Assembly (NCBI GenBank): GCA_040756235.1
Contig: JBFLZG010000143.1
Coordinates: forward strand, 1 to 23,269
Reading direction: 5' to 3'
From: a bacterium
Lineage (GTDB): Bacteria > Desulfobacterota > DSWW01
DNA length: 23,269 nt
A model generated the notes under the pieces. That model had not been told where the DNA came from and did not search any database. It was given only the letters and a program-made list of their open reading frames with translations. Below are positions 7,234 to 16,227 of this stretch, piece by piece. The translations under genes and the position numbers were made by a program. The stretch's first letter is position 1. The number at the start of each line of letters is the position of its first letter.

Positions 7234-9723
7234 ATGGGGAACGCACAGACGAGTCCGGGCATCCTGGCGGTTTTCTCGATTCTCATTCTGCTCCCGGCCT
7301 GCGGGGAGGATCTGCCTCAGCTCGAGCCGCCGAACCCGGCCTTCACGCGGTTCGTCGAGGGCGGAAGCCTCCAGCGCCGCTCGACCGAATCGGGGTTCGC
7401 GCTCGGGTACATTCCCTCGCCGATTCGGCCGGAGAGACATCTCTTCGAGCGGGAGGCGTCCGCGTCAGACCCCGAGTACGACATGCGGGACCCGAACGGC
7501 GACGGGAACACGAGCGACGGCCTCCTGACTCCGGTCCGGGACCAGGGGGGCTGCGGCTCCTGCTGGGCCTTCGCGTCTTACGGCGCGCTCGAAAGCCAGC
7601 TCAAGCAGTCGTGGGCTCTGGCGCTGGATTTCTCGGAGGACAACCTCAAGCACCTCAACGGCTTCGACAGCGGTCCCTGCGACGGCGGCAACATCGACTT
7701 CAGCACGGCCTATCTCTCCCGGTACGACGGGCCGATCAGCGAGGCAGACGATCCGTACGATGACTCCGCCGAATCGGAGTACTGCACGGGGTGCGCCCCG
7801 GTGCGGTACGCGGACTCGGTGGTCTTTCTTCCCACGCGGGCAGCGGTGACCGACAACGCTTACATCAAGCAGGCGGTTTTGGAGCACGGCGGCCTTTATG
7901 CGTCTTTGTATATGGACTCCCCTTTCTACAATGACTCGGACCAGACCTACTGTTACGACGATCCGAACGATTCTTACGCCGACAGCAACCACGCAGTCGT
8001 GATCGTGGGCTGGGATGATGACAAGTACGTGGGGCAGGCCCCGCCCGGCGGCCGATACGGTGCTTTCATCGTGCGCAACAGCTGGAGCGCCTCCTGGGGC
8101 GAAGGCGGCTACTTCTACGTATCCTATTACGACGAGAGCATCGCCTTCTCGAGCTTGGCGCATTTCGAAGACCGTGCGGAGTCGGACCTTGCCGTCGACA
8201 CGGCCTATACTTACGACACTTTGGGATGGACCGGTTCGATCGGCTACGGGGACACGGTTGCTTGGGGAGCCAACTGGTTCGTGCCGGAGCAGGATGAAGA
8301 GCTCGCCGGGGTGGGTTTCTACGCGACCGACTCCCCGACAGACTATGAGGTCTACGTTTACGAGAATTTCGACGGCAGCACGTTTTCCGACCTTACGGCC
8401 ACGGCCGGCGGGACCGTCGCTTACCGGGGTTGGCACACGGTCCAGCTCGACACGCCCGTGGCGGTCCGGACCGGGGACGGTTTCGGCATCGCCGTACGGT
8501 TCTCCAACTCCGACTCCACTTGGCCGCTCCCCGTCGAGATGCCATTTGCCGGCTATTCATCGGCTTCCACCGCCAACCCGGGAGAAGGCTACGTTTCCTA
8601 TGAGGGCTCTGCATGGACGGATGTGACCGCGATCAGCTGGTGCACGGAATGCAGCGTGTGCATCAAGGCCCTGTGCCGTGCCCCGGTGCCGTCCATCCCG
8701 CTCCCTGCTGCGGAGGCCTACGGACGGATTACCGGAGGAGACCTGACGCACGTCGAAGAGGTGAGATACTCATTCCAGGGAATCTCCGGACAGGTCATCC
8801 TCCGCTATCAAGCCTGGGACGTCGACTTCGCACGGGAAGTCGAGATCCTCGTCAACGGTCAGTCCGCAGGTTTTGCCCGGGTCACCGCGAACAACAGCTG
8901 GGGCCCCATGCAGTCGCTGCTTCTGCCGGGCGGGCTCGTAAACGACGCCTCCGAAAACCTCCTCACCTTCTCGAACACGTACAATCCCCCGAAAACCTAC
9001 CTGTGGGGGGTGCGGGAGGTATCCGTGGAGGCCGAGGTCATTCCGCTGCCCGCCCCTGAAGCGTACGGCCGGATCACCGGGGGGGACCAGACCCACGTGC
9101 AGGAGGTGAGCTACGGCTTCGAGGGCCTGTCCGGCGAAGTCGAGCTCTTCTACAGGGCCTGGGACGTGGACTATGCGAATGAAGTCGAGATCCTGGTCAA
9201 CGACCACTCCCTGGGGTTCGCCCCCAGGACCCTGAACAATTCCTGGGGCATGACGCAGTCGATCGTCGCCCCGGACGAATACGTGAACGACGCCCTGGCG
9301 AACCTTCTCACCTTTGCGAATACGTTCAACCCGCCGAAGACCTACCTCTGGGGGGTCAAGGAGGTGATGTCCGATGCGGAGGTCGTCCCGCTGCCTGCGG
9401 CCGGGGCCTACGGCCGGATCTCGGGAGGGGATCACACCCACGTGCAGGAGGTGAGCTACAGCTTCCAAGGTCTTGCCGGCGCGGTCACCCTGACCTACGA
9501 AGCCTGGGACGTCGATTACGCGAACGAAGTGCAGATTCTCGTGAACGGCCAGCCCGCGGGCTTTGCCCCGGTGACGTCGAACAACAGCTGGGGCCCTCTC
9601 CGGGCGATCGTCCTGCCCGACCCGTTCGTGCACGACGCATCGACGAACCTTCTGGTCTTCGACAACACCTACAACCCGCCCAACACCTACTGGTGGGGCG
9701 TGCGCAACGTCGCCGTGGAGTGA
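7234..9723 (+). CDS. Secreted or lipoprotein papain-family (C1A) cysteine protease with lectin-like domain and three C-terminal repeats (829 aa)
   Basis: Hydrophobic N-terminus ending LLPAC; catalytic motifs DQGGCGSCWAF, NHAVVIVGW, VRNSWSASWGEGGYFYVSY; following domain YTYDTLGW...WGANWF...CIKA typical of the C1A-associated lectin-like module. Confidence 0.9.
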   Translation: MGNAQTSPGILAVFSILILLPACGEDLPQLEPPNPAFTRFVEGGSLQRRSTESGFALGYIPSPIRPERHLFEREASASDPEYDMRDPNGDGNTSDGLLTPVRDQGGCGSCWAFASYGALESQLKQSWALALDFSEDNLKHLNGFDSGPCDGGNIDFSTAYLSRYDGPISEADDPYDDSAESEYCTGCAPVRYADSVVFLPTRAAVTDNAYIKQAVLEHGGLYASLYMDSPFYNDSDQTYCYDDPNDSYADSNHAVVIVGWDDDKYVGQAPPGGRYGAFIVRNSWSASWGEGGYFYVSYYDESIAFSSLAHFEDRAESDLAVDTAYTYDTLGWTGSIGYGDTVAWGANWFVPEQDEELAGVGFYATDSPTDYEVYVYENFDGSTFSDLTATAGGTVAYRGWHTVQLDTPVAVRTGDGFGIAVRFSNSDSTWPLPVEMPFAGYSSASTANPGEGYVSYEGSAWTDVTAISWCTECSVCIKALCRAPVPSIPLPAAEAYGRITGGDLTHVEEVRYSFQGISGQVILRYQAWDVDFAREVEILVNGQSAGFARVTANNSWGPMQSLLLPGGLVNDASENLLTFSNTYNPPKTYLWGVREVSVEAEVIPLPAPEAYGRITGGDQTHVQEVSYGFEGLSGEVELFYRAWDVDYANEVEILVNDHSLGFAPRTLNNSWGMTQSIVAPDEYVNDALANLLTFANTFNPPKTYLWGVKEVMSDAEVVPLPAAGAYGRISGGDHTHVQEVSYSFQGLAGAVTLTYEAWDVDYANEVQILVNGQPAGFAPVTSNNSWGPLRAIVLPDPFVHDASTNLLVFDNTYNPPNTYWWGVRNVAVE
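8695..9720 (+). repeat. Three tandem 345-bp (115-aa) intragenic repeats
   Basis: Units start at 8695, 9040 and 9385: (I/V)PLPA..AYGRI(T/S)GGD.THV.EV.Y.F.G..G.V.L.Y.AWDVD.A.EV.ILVN....GFA..T.NNSWG......P...V.DA..NLL.F.NT.NPP.TY.WGV..V. Confidence 0.95.
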
Positions 9724-9748
9724 GCCTGTTCTTCCCGTACCCGGGCTT

Positions 9749-10753
9749 TCAAGCCACCCGGACCATGCGCTTGCCGAAATTCTCTCCATGCAGGAGGCCG
9801 ACCAGCGCCCTCGGTGTGTTTTCGAGCCCCTCGATGACGTCTTCCCTGACCCGGATCCTGCCCGCGGCAACCCACTCGGCGAGCTGCTTCCAGGCCGGTG
9901 CATACCTGTCCTGATGATCCATGACGATGAAGCCGCACATGGTGATGCGCCTGATGACCAGCAGGCCGGGGATCCCGCGGGGGCCGTTCTGGGGAAGCTC
10001 GCCGTCGTAGCCGGACACCATCCCGCAGCAGACGACGCGGCCGTGCGCGTTGGTCTGGAACAGGGCCGCCTCGAGGATTTCGCCTCCGACATTGTCGAAG
10101 TAGATATCGATTCCCTCAGGGCAGGCCCGGCGCAGGCCATGGGCGACGCTCTCCTTCTTGTAGTTCAGCGCGGCGTCGAAGCCGAGGTCTCCGGTGAGCC
10201 AGGCGCATTTCTCGTCCGAGCCGGCGATGCCGACCACCCGGCAGCCCCGGATCTTGCCGATCTGTCCCGTGATCGAGCCCACGGCGCCGGCAGCCGCCGA
10301 GACGACGAGCGTCTCGCCCGGCTTGGGCCTGCCGATCTCCGTCAGGCCGAAGTAAGCAGTCAGTCCGGTGATGCCGTATATGCTCAAGAGATGCGTGAGC
10401 GGTTGGATGCGCGGCTGCCGGTAGAGTTGTCCGCCGGGCCGGACGGCGTACTCCTGCCATCCGCAATCGCCGGCCACGAGATCGCCTTCCTTGAGCTTTG
10501 GGTGCCGGGAGGCGACCACTTCTCCCAGGGCGTAGCCGGGCATGACGTCGCCGGCCTTGACGGCCTCCCGATAGGTGGTCCCCTGCAGCCATGCCCGGTT
10601 GGCCGGGTCGATCGAGATGTAGCGCACCCGGACGAGCACCTCGCTTTCTGCCGGCTGCGGGGGAGCGCCTTCCCGCATGACGAAATGCTCGGTCCCCAGC
10701 CTGCCCTTCGGGAGAGTGGCCACGACGATCTGTCGGTTGCCTTTTTCTGTCAT
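9749..10753 (-). CDS. NADP-dependent oxidoreductase, MDR superfamily (prostaglandin reductase/CurA-like) (334 aa)
   Basis: YISIDPANR, GITGLTAYFGL, VVSAAAGAVGS, GIAGSDEKC, DIYFDNVGG, GENFGK; RBS GGAGGAG before ATG 10753. Confidence 0.92.
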   Translation of the reverse strand: MTEKGNRQIVVATLPKGRLGTEHFVMREGAPPQPAESEVLVRVRYISIDPANRAWLQGTTYREAVKAGDVMPGYALGEVVASRHPKLKEGDLVAGDCGWQEYAVRPGGQLYRQPRIQPLTHLLSIYGITGLTAYFGLTEIGRPKPGETLVVSAAAGAVGSITGQIGKIRGCRVVGIAGSDEKCAWLTGDLGFDAALNYKKESVAHGLRRACPEGIDIYFDNVGGEILEAALFQTNAHGRVVCCGMVSGYDGELPQNGPRGIPGLLVIRRITMCGFIVMDHQDRYAPAWKQLAEWVAAGRIRVREDVIEGLENTPRALVGLLHGENFGKRMVRVA

Positions 10754-11057
10754 CGCGAGGCTCCTCCTGCTGCCCTGCATCCCAGCGTAGACGAGGGGCG
10801 AAGACCCGTCAAACCGCCCCGGTCCGGTGCAGCCCGCCCCCGGTTCAGGAGCGGCTCCGCACGCGGGACTCTCGAATCGACGGAGACGGCACGAGCCCTG
10901 CGTGCGCTTTCGTGGCGCCTCCGGAGGGCCGAAGGGCCCGTTGGGGCATATACGGAAAGAGGGTCTTGGGGTATGATCGGCTGCGGGCGCAAACTCAGCG
11001 AAGAATACAAGCGTTCGACGGAGAACCGCTGCACGATCGGGTCGGAGGGGAAGAAGA

Positions 11058-12713
11058 ATGAGAACCCGGAGGCGTTCACTCTGGCTCGTCCTTTCGATTC
11101 TCCTGGCAGCAGGGATGTGTCATGCCGGCAGCGAGGCCGGCTACCCCGAAAGCCCGGCGCCGGAGGGGAGTTGCTGCCTCGCCCGGACCGGGCCGTCGGG
11201 GGCGGACGCCGGGTCCCCTCAGACCCCGTCTTCGTTCGATGAGGCCACGGCTCCCGCGGCCGGAGCGCCCTTGCGGCTCACCGTGCTCTTCTTCAACGAT
11301 CTCCACGGCCATCTCCTTCCTTTCACCGTCAAACAGGACGACGGGACCCGGGTCGAGGTCGGGGGGATCGCCCGCATCGCGACCCTCATCCGGGCAATCC
11401 GCACCCGGAACGAGGCACAAGGGGCCAGGACCCTGGTCCTGGTGGCCGGCGACATCCTGCAGGGCACGCCCATGTCCACGGTCTTCCATGGGGAGCCCGA
11501 CGTGGAGTCTCTCAATGCCATCGGCGTGGATGCCATGGTGGTGGGCAACCACGAGTTCGACTTCGGGCTCGAGAATTTTCAGGCCCTGCGGAAGCGGGCG
11601 CAGTTTCCTTTCATCAGTGCGAACCTCATGTGGAAGGATTCCGGCCGCCCTGTCTGTGATGCCTATGCAGCCTTCACTCTGACCGACCGGATCCGGGTCA
11701 CGGTCGTCGGAGCCACGACCGCACAGCTCCTCACGAGCACCCGGCCCGAGAACGTCGTGCTGCTCGAGGTCATCGACCCGATGCGGATCGTCCGGGAGGT
11801 CTACGAGAGCTCCCTGGGAAAGGGGCCGGTGATCCTGCTCTCGCACAGCAAGGCCCAAGCCGACGAGGCGATGGCCGCGGCCCTTCCGGGTCTCGTTGCA
11901 GTCATCGGCGGCCACGACCAGGTCCTGCTCAATCCCTGCAAGGAGGTCGGCGGCGTGCACATCTTCCAGGCCTTCGAGAAGGGCCGTTACCTCGGCCGCT
12001 TCGACCTGATCATCGACCCGCGCAGCGGGAAGGCCGCGGTCGCAAGCTGGACGTACGTGCCGATCACCGCCGACATCCGGCCCGATCCGGAGGTCGACCG
12101 TCTTGTGGAGGCCTATCACGCGAGGCTCGACAAGCAGTTCAAGGAGGTAATCGGCGAATGCATGGTCTTCATGGACGGCGAGCGGGAACGGATCCGGTAT
12201 GAGGAGACGAACCTCGGGGACTTCGTTACGGACATCATGCGCGGCTCGACGGGCGCCGAGATCGCCCTGCTCAACGCCGGAAGCCTCAGGGCCAGCCTGG
12301 ACGAAGGCCCGATCACGCTTGAAGAGGTGTTCAAGGCCATGCCGTACGAGAACGAGCTGGTGACGGTCCGGCTCACAGGGGAGGAGATCGCGGAGCTGCT
12401 CGGAAGGGCGGTGAGGAGTACCCGGGCGGAGGAAGACGGCGGGTTTCTCCACGTGTCCGGCATCTGCTTCAGGATCCGCGACCGGGTGCCCTGCGACATC
12501 CGGGTGGGCCCGAAGCCTCTGGACCCGGCAGCCACCTACACGGTCGCCATCACGGACTTCATGGCTTCGGGAGGCGACGGCTACGAGCTGCTCGCGCGCA
12601 AGCCTTCCACCAGGACCGGGTCTCCGCTGCGCGAGCTCATCGGGGACACGATCCGTCGGCAGGGAAAGGTGACCGCGGCAAAGGAAGGGAGGATCCTGCG
12701 GGAGGGCCCTTGA
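11058..12713 (+). CDS. Secreted 5'-nucleotidase / UDP-sugar hydrolase family metallophosphoesterase (551 aa)
   Basis: Signal peptide; NDLHGH, AGDILQG, GNHEFDFG, LSH, GGHDQ; C-terminal domain ETNLGDFVTD, NAGSLRASL, PYENEL, DFMASGGDGY. Confidence 0.93.
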   Translation: MRTRRRSLWLVLSILLAAGMCHAGSEAGYPESPAPEGSCCLARTGPSGADAGSPQTPSSFDEATAPAAGAPLRLTVLFFNDLHGHLLPFTVKQDDGTRVEVGGIARIATLIRAIRTRNEAQGARTLVLVAGDILQGTPMSTVFHGEPDVESLNAIGVDAMVVGNHEFDFGLENFQALRKRAQFPFISANLMWKDSGRPVCDAYAAFTLTDRIRVTVVGATTAQLLTSTRPENVVLLEVIDPMRIVREVYESSLGKGPVILLSHSKAQADEAMAAALPGLVAVIGGHDQVLLNPCKEVGGVHIFQAFEKGRYLGRFDLIIDPRSGKAAVASWTYVPITADIRPDPEVDRLVEAYHARLDKQFKEVIGECMVFMDGERERIRYEETNLGDFVTDIMRGSTGAEIALLNAGSLRASLDEGPITLEEVFKAMPYENELVTVRLTGEEIAELLGRAVRSTRAEEDGGFLHVSGICFRIRDRVPCDIRVGPKPLDPAATYTVAITDFMASGGDGYELLARKPSTRTGSPLRELIGDTIRRQGKVTAAKEGRILREGP

Positions 12714-12744
12714 TGGCGGTGCAGCGCAATCGCCCGCGTTTCAT

Positions 12745-12766
12745 GAGGGTGTCGAAAGACACCCTC
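12745..12766. terminator. Stem-loop between convergent genes
   Basis: Perfect 9-bp stem GAGGGTGTC-GAAA-GACACCCTC; no clear U-tract on either strand. Confidence 0.4.
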
Positions 12767-12776
12767 GCCGGCCTTC

Positions 12777-14561
12777 TCATCGGGAGCTCGGTTTCTTGCG
12801 CATGCGAATGGCCTGAGGCGTGACCTCGACGAGCTCGTCGTCGTTGATGTAGGCGATGCAGCTCTCCAGGCTCATTTCCACCGGGGGAGTCAGCACCACG
12901 TTCTCGTCGCAGCCCACGGCGCGCACGTTGGTCAGCTTCTTCCCCTTGGCCGGGTTGACCACCATGTCGTTCTCCCGGCAGTGCTCGCCCAGGATCTGGC
13001 CGGCATAGACCCGCACGCCGGGCCCGTAGAAGAGCCTGCCTCGCTCCTGCAGGTTGAACAGGGCGTAAGCGACCGTCTTGCACGCCGACTTCACCACCAT
13101 GACGCCGTTCTTGCGGTTGCGGATTTCGCCCGCCTGCGGGCCGTAGCCGCTGAACACGTAGTTCATCACGCCCATGCCCCGGGTGATCGACAGGAATTCC
13201 GGGCGGAATCCGAGCAGACCGCGCGTGGGGATCTTGTACACGATGCGCGCGGTGCCGTTGTTGCCCTGGTGCATTTCGAGGATCTGTCCCCTGCGCTTTC
13301 CCAGCCTCTCGATGACCGCACCCATGTACGGCTCTTCGACATCGATCGTCAGCTCCTCGTGCGGCTCCAGGAGGGCGTCGCCCTCCTGCTTCAAAATCAC
13401 TTGCGGGCGGGTCACCTGGAATTCGTGCCCTTCCCGGCGCATGCGCTCGATGAGAATGGAAAGGTGCAGCTCCCCTCTGCCGGAGACCTTGAAGCCGGAA
13501 CGGCCCTCCTGGGGCTCCACCATCAGGGCCACGTCCGCAAGGCCCTCCCTTCTGAGGCGTTCCTCCAGGTGGCGCGCGGTGGAGAAGGTACCCTCCGTTC
13601 CGGCAAAGGGAGAATCGTTGGGTACGAAGCTCATGGCCAGGGTCGGAGGGTCGATCTCGATGGGGGGCAGCGGCCGCGGGTCCTCGGGATCGGTGTAGGT
13701 GACGCCGACAGTGACGTCATCCATCCCGGCCACCGCGACGATCTCGCCCGTTCCGGCCAGGTCCGTGACCACTTTGCGGTTCCCCTCGAAGCGGTAGACC
13801 TTGGTGATGCGCGCGGGGACCGTCACGCCCCCGTCCCGGGCGACGACGATGTCCTTGTTCGTATTCAAGGTGCCGGAGGTGATCTTGCCGATGCCCAGCC
13901 GGCCCAGGTACGGCGAATAGTCGATCGAGCTCACGAGAAGTTGGAGCGGTGCGTCGGGGCTGCCCGAGGGAGGAGGGGTCTTCTGGACGATCGTCTTGCA
14001 CAAGGGATCCATGCCGGCGGGCGGGTCGCCGATGTCGTCCAGGGCGTAGCCTTCCTTGGCGGAGGCGTACACGACCGGGAAATCGAGAAGCTCCTCCGGA
14101 GCGTCGAGCTTGACGAACAGGTCGAAAACACGGTCGACCGTCTCGGCCGGTCGCGCCGCCGGCTTGTCGATCTTGTTGACCACCACGATCGTCGGCAGCC
14201 GCAGGGCAAGGGCCTTCTTCAGCACGAAATAGGTCTGCGGCATGGGCCCCTCCTGCGCGTCCACCAACAGCAGGGCACCGTCGGCCATGCGCAGCACCCG
14301 CTCGACCTGCCCCCCGAAATCGGCGTGCCCGGGCGTGTCGATGATGTTGATCAGAAAGTCCCGGTACTTGAAGGAGCCGTTCTTGGACGCGATCGTGATC
14401 CCTCGCTCCCGCTCGAGATCGATGGAGTCCATGAGCCTTTCGGTGACGACCTGATTGTCGCGGAACATGCCGCTCTGCCTGAACAGCTGGTCCACGAGCG
14501 TCGTCTTGCCGTGGTCCACGTGTGCGATGATGGCGACGTTTCGGATCTTGTGCTGTTCCAT
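12777..14561 (-). CDS. typA: Translational GTPase TypA/BipA (594 aa)
   Basis: [75 protein letters not shown]. Confidence 0.96.
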   Translation of the reverse strand: MEQHKIRNVAIIAHVDHGKTTLVDQLFRQSGMFRDNQVVTERLMDSIDLERERGITIASKNGSFKYRDFLINIIDTPGHADFGGQVERVLRMADGALLLVDAQEGPMPQTYFVLKKALALRLPTIVVVNKIDKPAARPAETVDRVFDLFVKLDAPEELLDFPVVYASAKEGYALDDIGDPPAGMDPLCKTIVQKTPPPSGSPDAPLQLLVSSIDYSPYLGRLGIGKITSGTLNTNKDIVVARDGGVTVPARITKVYRFEGNRKVVTDLAGTGEIVAVAGMDDVTVGVTYTDPEDPRPLPPIEIDPPTLAMSFVPNDSPFAGTEGTFSTARHLEERLRREGLADVALMVEPQEGRSGFKVSGRGELHLSILIERMRREGHEFQVTRPQVILKQEGDALLEPHEELTIDVEEPYMGAVIERLGKRRGQILEMHQGNNGTARIVYKIPTRGLLGFRPEFLSITRGMGVMNYVFSGYGPQAGEIRNRKNGVMVVKSACKTVAYALFNLQERGRLFYGPGVRVYAGQILGEHCRENDMVVNPAKGKKLTNVRAVGCDENVVLTPPVEMSLESCIAYINDDELVEVTPQAIRMRKKPSSR

Positions 14562-14870
14562 TTGCTCGAGCGCCCTCGAACGATCTTGCGCGGCGTTCCT
14601 TCCGGACCCTTCCGCTTGCCGCGGACGGCAGCAGGTTCCCTTCATCATGCCAGGAGGATGGTGAGGAAAGTCAGGGGCGGGCTGAGCGGATGGCATGCCT
14701 GCGCGAATCACCGAAAACAAAATGAAGATTATCCATTTACATCGGAAAAAGCAAGAGGATGGGGAGGAGGCGGAGACTGCGGCGGTCCTTTCTGCAGCAA
14801 GGCGTTCAGGCTCGTCCGTGGCGCCGCGCGAGCCCGACGAGCCTCTTTTCATTTTTCTGTTTACGAGCTA

Positions 14871-14899
14871 TTGACAGCACGGTCGCTTGCGAGTAATCT
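14871..14899 (+). promoter_or_regulatory. sigma70 promoter of the cold-shock cluster
   Basis: TTGACA (14871-14876), N17, TAATCT (14894-14899), implying a ~135-nt 5' leader. Confidence 0.65.
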
Positions 14900-14944
14900 T
14901 TAACAAAGACAAGAGTAATTTCTGTATCGTATGACCGCAAGTGT

Positions 14945-14981
14945 ACCGCCCAGATTTACCATGTCTGGGCGGTTTTTTGTT
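14945..14981 (+). terminator. Terminator-like hairpin inside the csp 5' leader (possible attenuator)
   Basis: ACCGCCCAGA-9nt-TCTGGGCGGT followed by TTTTTGTT. Confidence 0.65.
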
Positions 14982-15041
14982 GTGGGTCTGTAAACGGGCG
15001 CTCGGCAGAACGAGTGCCAAACCAAGGAGGGTGTGAAAGGA

Positions 15042-15251
15042 ATGGCAAAAGAAACCGGTACCGTCAAATGGTTCAGTGAGCAGAAGGGGTACGGCTTCAT
15101 CGTCCGCGAGGGCGGAGAGCGTGACCTTTTCGTGCATCACAGTGCGATCTCGGGAGAAGGCTTCAAGACGCTCGCCGAAGGAGACCGCGTCGAGTTCACG
15201 GTCACGCAAGGACAGAAGGGCCCGGCTGCAGCCGAAGTCCGCAAGATCTAA
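15042..15251 (+). CDS. Cold-shock protein (CspA family, 69 aa)
   Basis: GTVKWF, RNP1 KGYGFI, RNP2 [31 protein letters not shown]. Confidence 0.96.
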   Translation: MAKETGTVKWFSEQKGYGFIVREGGERDLFVHHSAISGEGFKTLAEGDRVEFTVTQGQKGPAAAEVRKI

Positions 15252-15272
15252 GAAGATCAGGAGAAGAGAATC

Positions 15273-15620
15273 ATGAGCAGGAAATTGTATGTCGGGAATC
15301 TGAGCTTCGGCGTCGACAACGCCGCTCTGGAGCAGATGTTCGCCCCCTATGGAAAGGTCGAGAGCGCAAGCGTGATCAACGATCGCTACACCGGCCAGAG
15401 CAAGGGATTCGGCTTCGTCGAGATGAGCACCCAGGAGGAAGCCAAAGCGGCCATTGCGGCGCTCAACGGCAAGGACCAAGGGGGCCGTTCGATCAAAGTG
15501 AACGAGGCCAAGCCGCGGGAAGACCGCGGGGGAGGAGGCGGCCGTGGTGGCTTCGGTGGCGGCGGAGGAGGCGGAAGGGGCCGTGGCGGGTTCGGAGGTG
15601 GCGGCGGCCGCAATTGGTAG
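15273..15620 (+). CDS. RRM RNA-binding protein with Gly/Arg-rich tail (115 aa)
   Basis: RNP2 LYVGNL, RNP1 KGFGFVEM, VNEAKPRE, then an RGG/FGGG tail. Confidence 0.95.
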   Translation: MSRKLYVGNLSFGVDNAALEQMFAPYGKVESASVINDRYTGQSKGFGFVEMSTQEEAKAAIAALNGKDQGGRSIKVNEAKPREDRGGGGGRGGFGGGGGGGRGRGGFGGGGGRNW

Positions 15621-15714
15621 CAGCCTGACTCCCGGCTGCGCGGATTCGGAACAAGCCGAAATCATTGAATTCGATCGAGCCGGGCACGCGCACGTGCCCG
15701 GCCGAGAGGTGCCC

Positions 15715-15903
15715 ATGGCGAAAAGAAACAGGCAGACCTTCAGGAAAAGGGAGAGGGAGATGGCCAAGAAGCAGAAAAGGCAGGACAAGGCAGAGCGCAT
15801 GGCTGCCCGTAAAGCCGTCCGACCCGCCGAGGACCAACCGCATCAGCCCGATTCTACTCTCTCGGAAACCCCCGATTCCGCTCTGGCGGAAACCCCCGAA
15901 TAG
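15715..15903 (+). CDS. Small basic helical protein (62 aa), hypothetical
   Basis: GAGGT RBS; MAKRNRQTFRKREREMAKKQKRQDKAERMAARK followed by an acidic/Pro tail; same strand as csp and RRM. Confidence 0.7.
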   Translation: MAKRNRQTFRKREREMAKKQKRQDKAERMAARKAVRPAEDQPHQPDSTLSETPDSALAETPE

Positions 15904-16227
15904 CTCCGCTCTCCCTTCCGATGGTTCCCCCAAGGCGGCTCTGTCGAGAACCGCCGAGCCGCGGAGCCGGTTGCGGGCCGAGCAACGGCTCCGCCGGGCG
16001 GGCGCTCGCATTCCATCCAGCCTTGGCTGGTCAATTGCGCCTCCCGGGACCCGGCAAGGGCTGACCAACAGCGCCCCTGCAAAGCCCCGCGATCTTCTCG
16101 CCGCCAGAGCCCTTCAACGAATTGCCACTGGGAGATCGGCGGTGCTACACTCATCCGCGATTCGCGGGTGCATCCTGCGAAAGCCGTGCGAGCCGGTCGA
16201 GACCAAGCCTGGAGGGAGTCAGCGGCG

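Noticed and set aside
11058..11090. Twin-arginine (Tat) motif in MRTRRRSLW
   Set aside because: Poor fit to S/T-R-R-x-F-L-K; more consistent with a basic Sec n-region.
11907..11921. GGHDQ instead of GGH[ST]H in the 5'-nucleotidase
   Set aside because: E. coli UshA also has Gln at this ligand position (GGHSQ); not a sign of inactivation.
14925..14960. Faint resemblance to a purine riboswitch (CGTAT..CGCAAGT..TACC)
   Set aside because: Too short; lacks P2/P3 loops and the conserved junction; downstream genes are not purine-related.
15005..15019. sigma54-like TGGCAC-N5-CTGC on the minus strand
   Set aside because: Imperfect -12, ~440 bp from typA, inside the csp leader where it is also a small hairpin; likely chance.
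15525..15610. GGC-rich low-complexity tract (G-quadruplex or simple repeat)
   Set aside because: Explained by the Gly-rich tail of the RRM protein.
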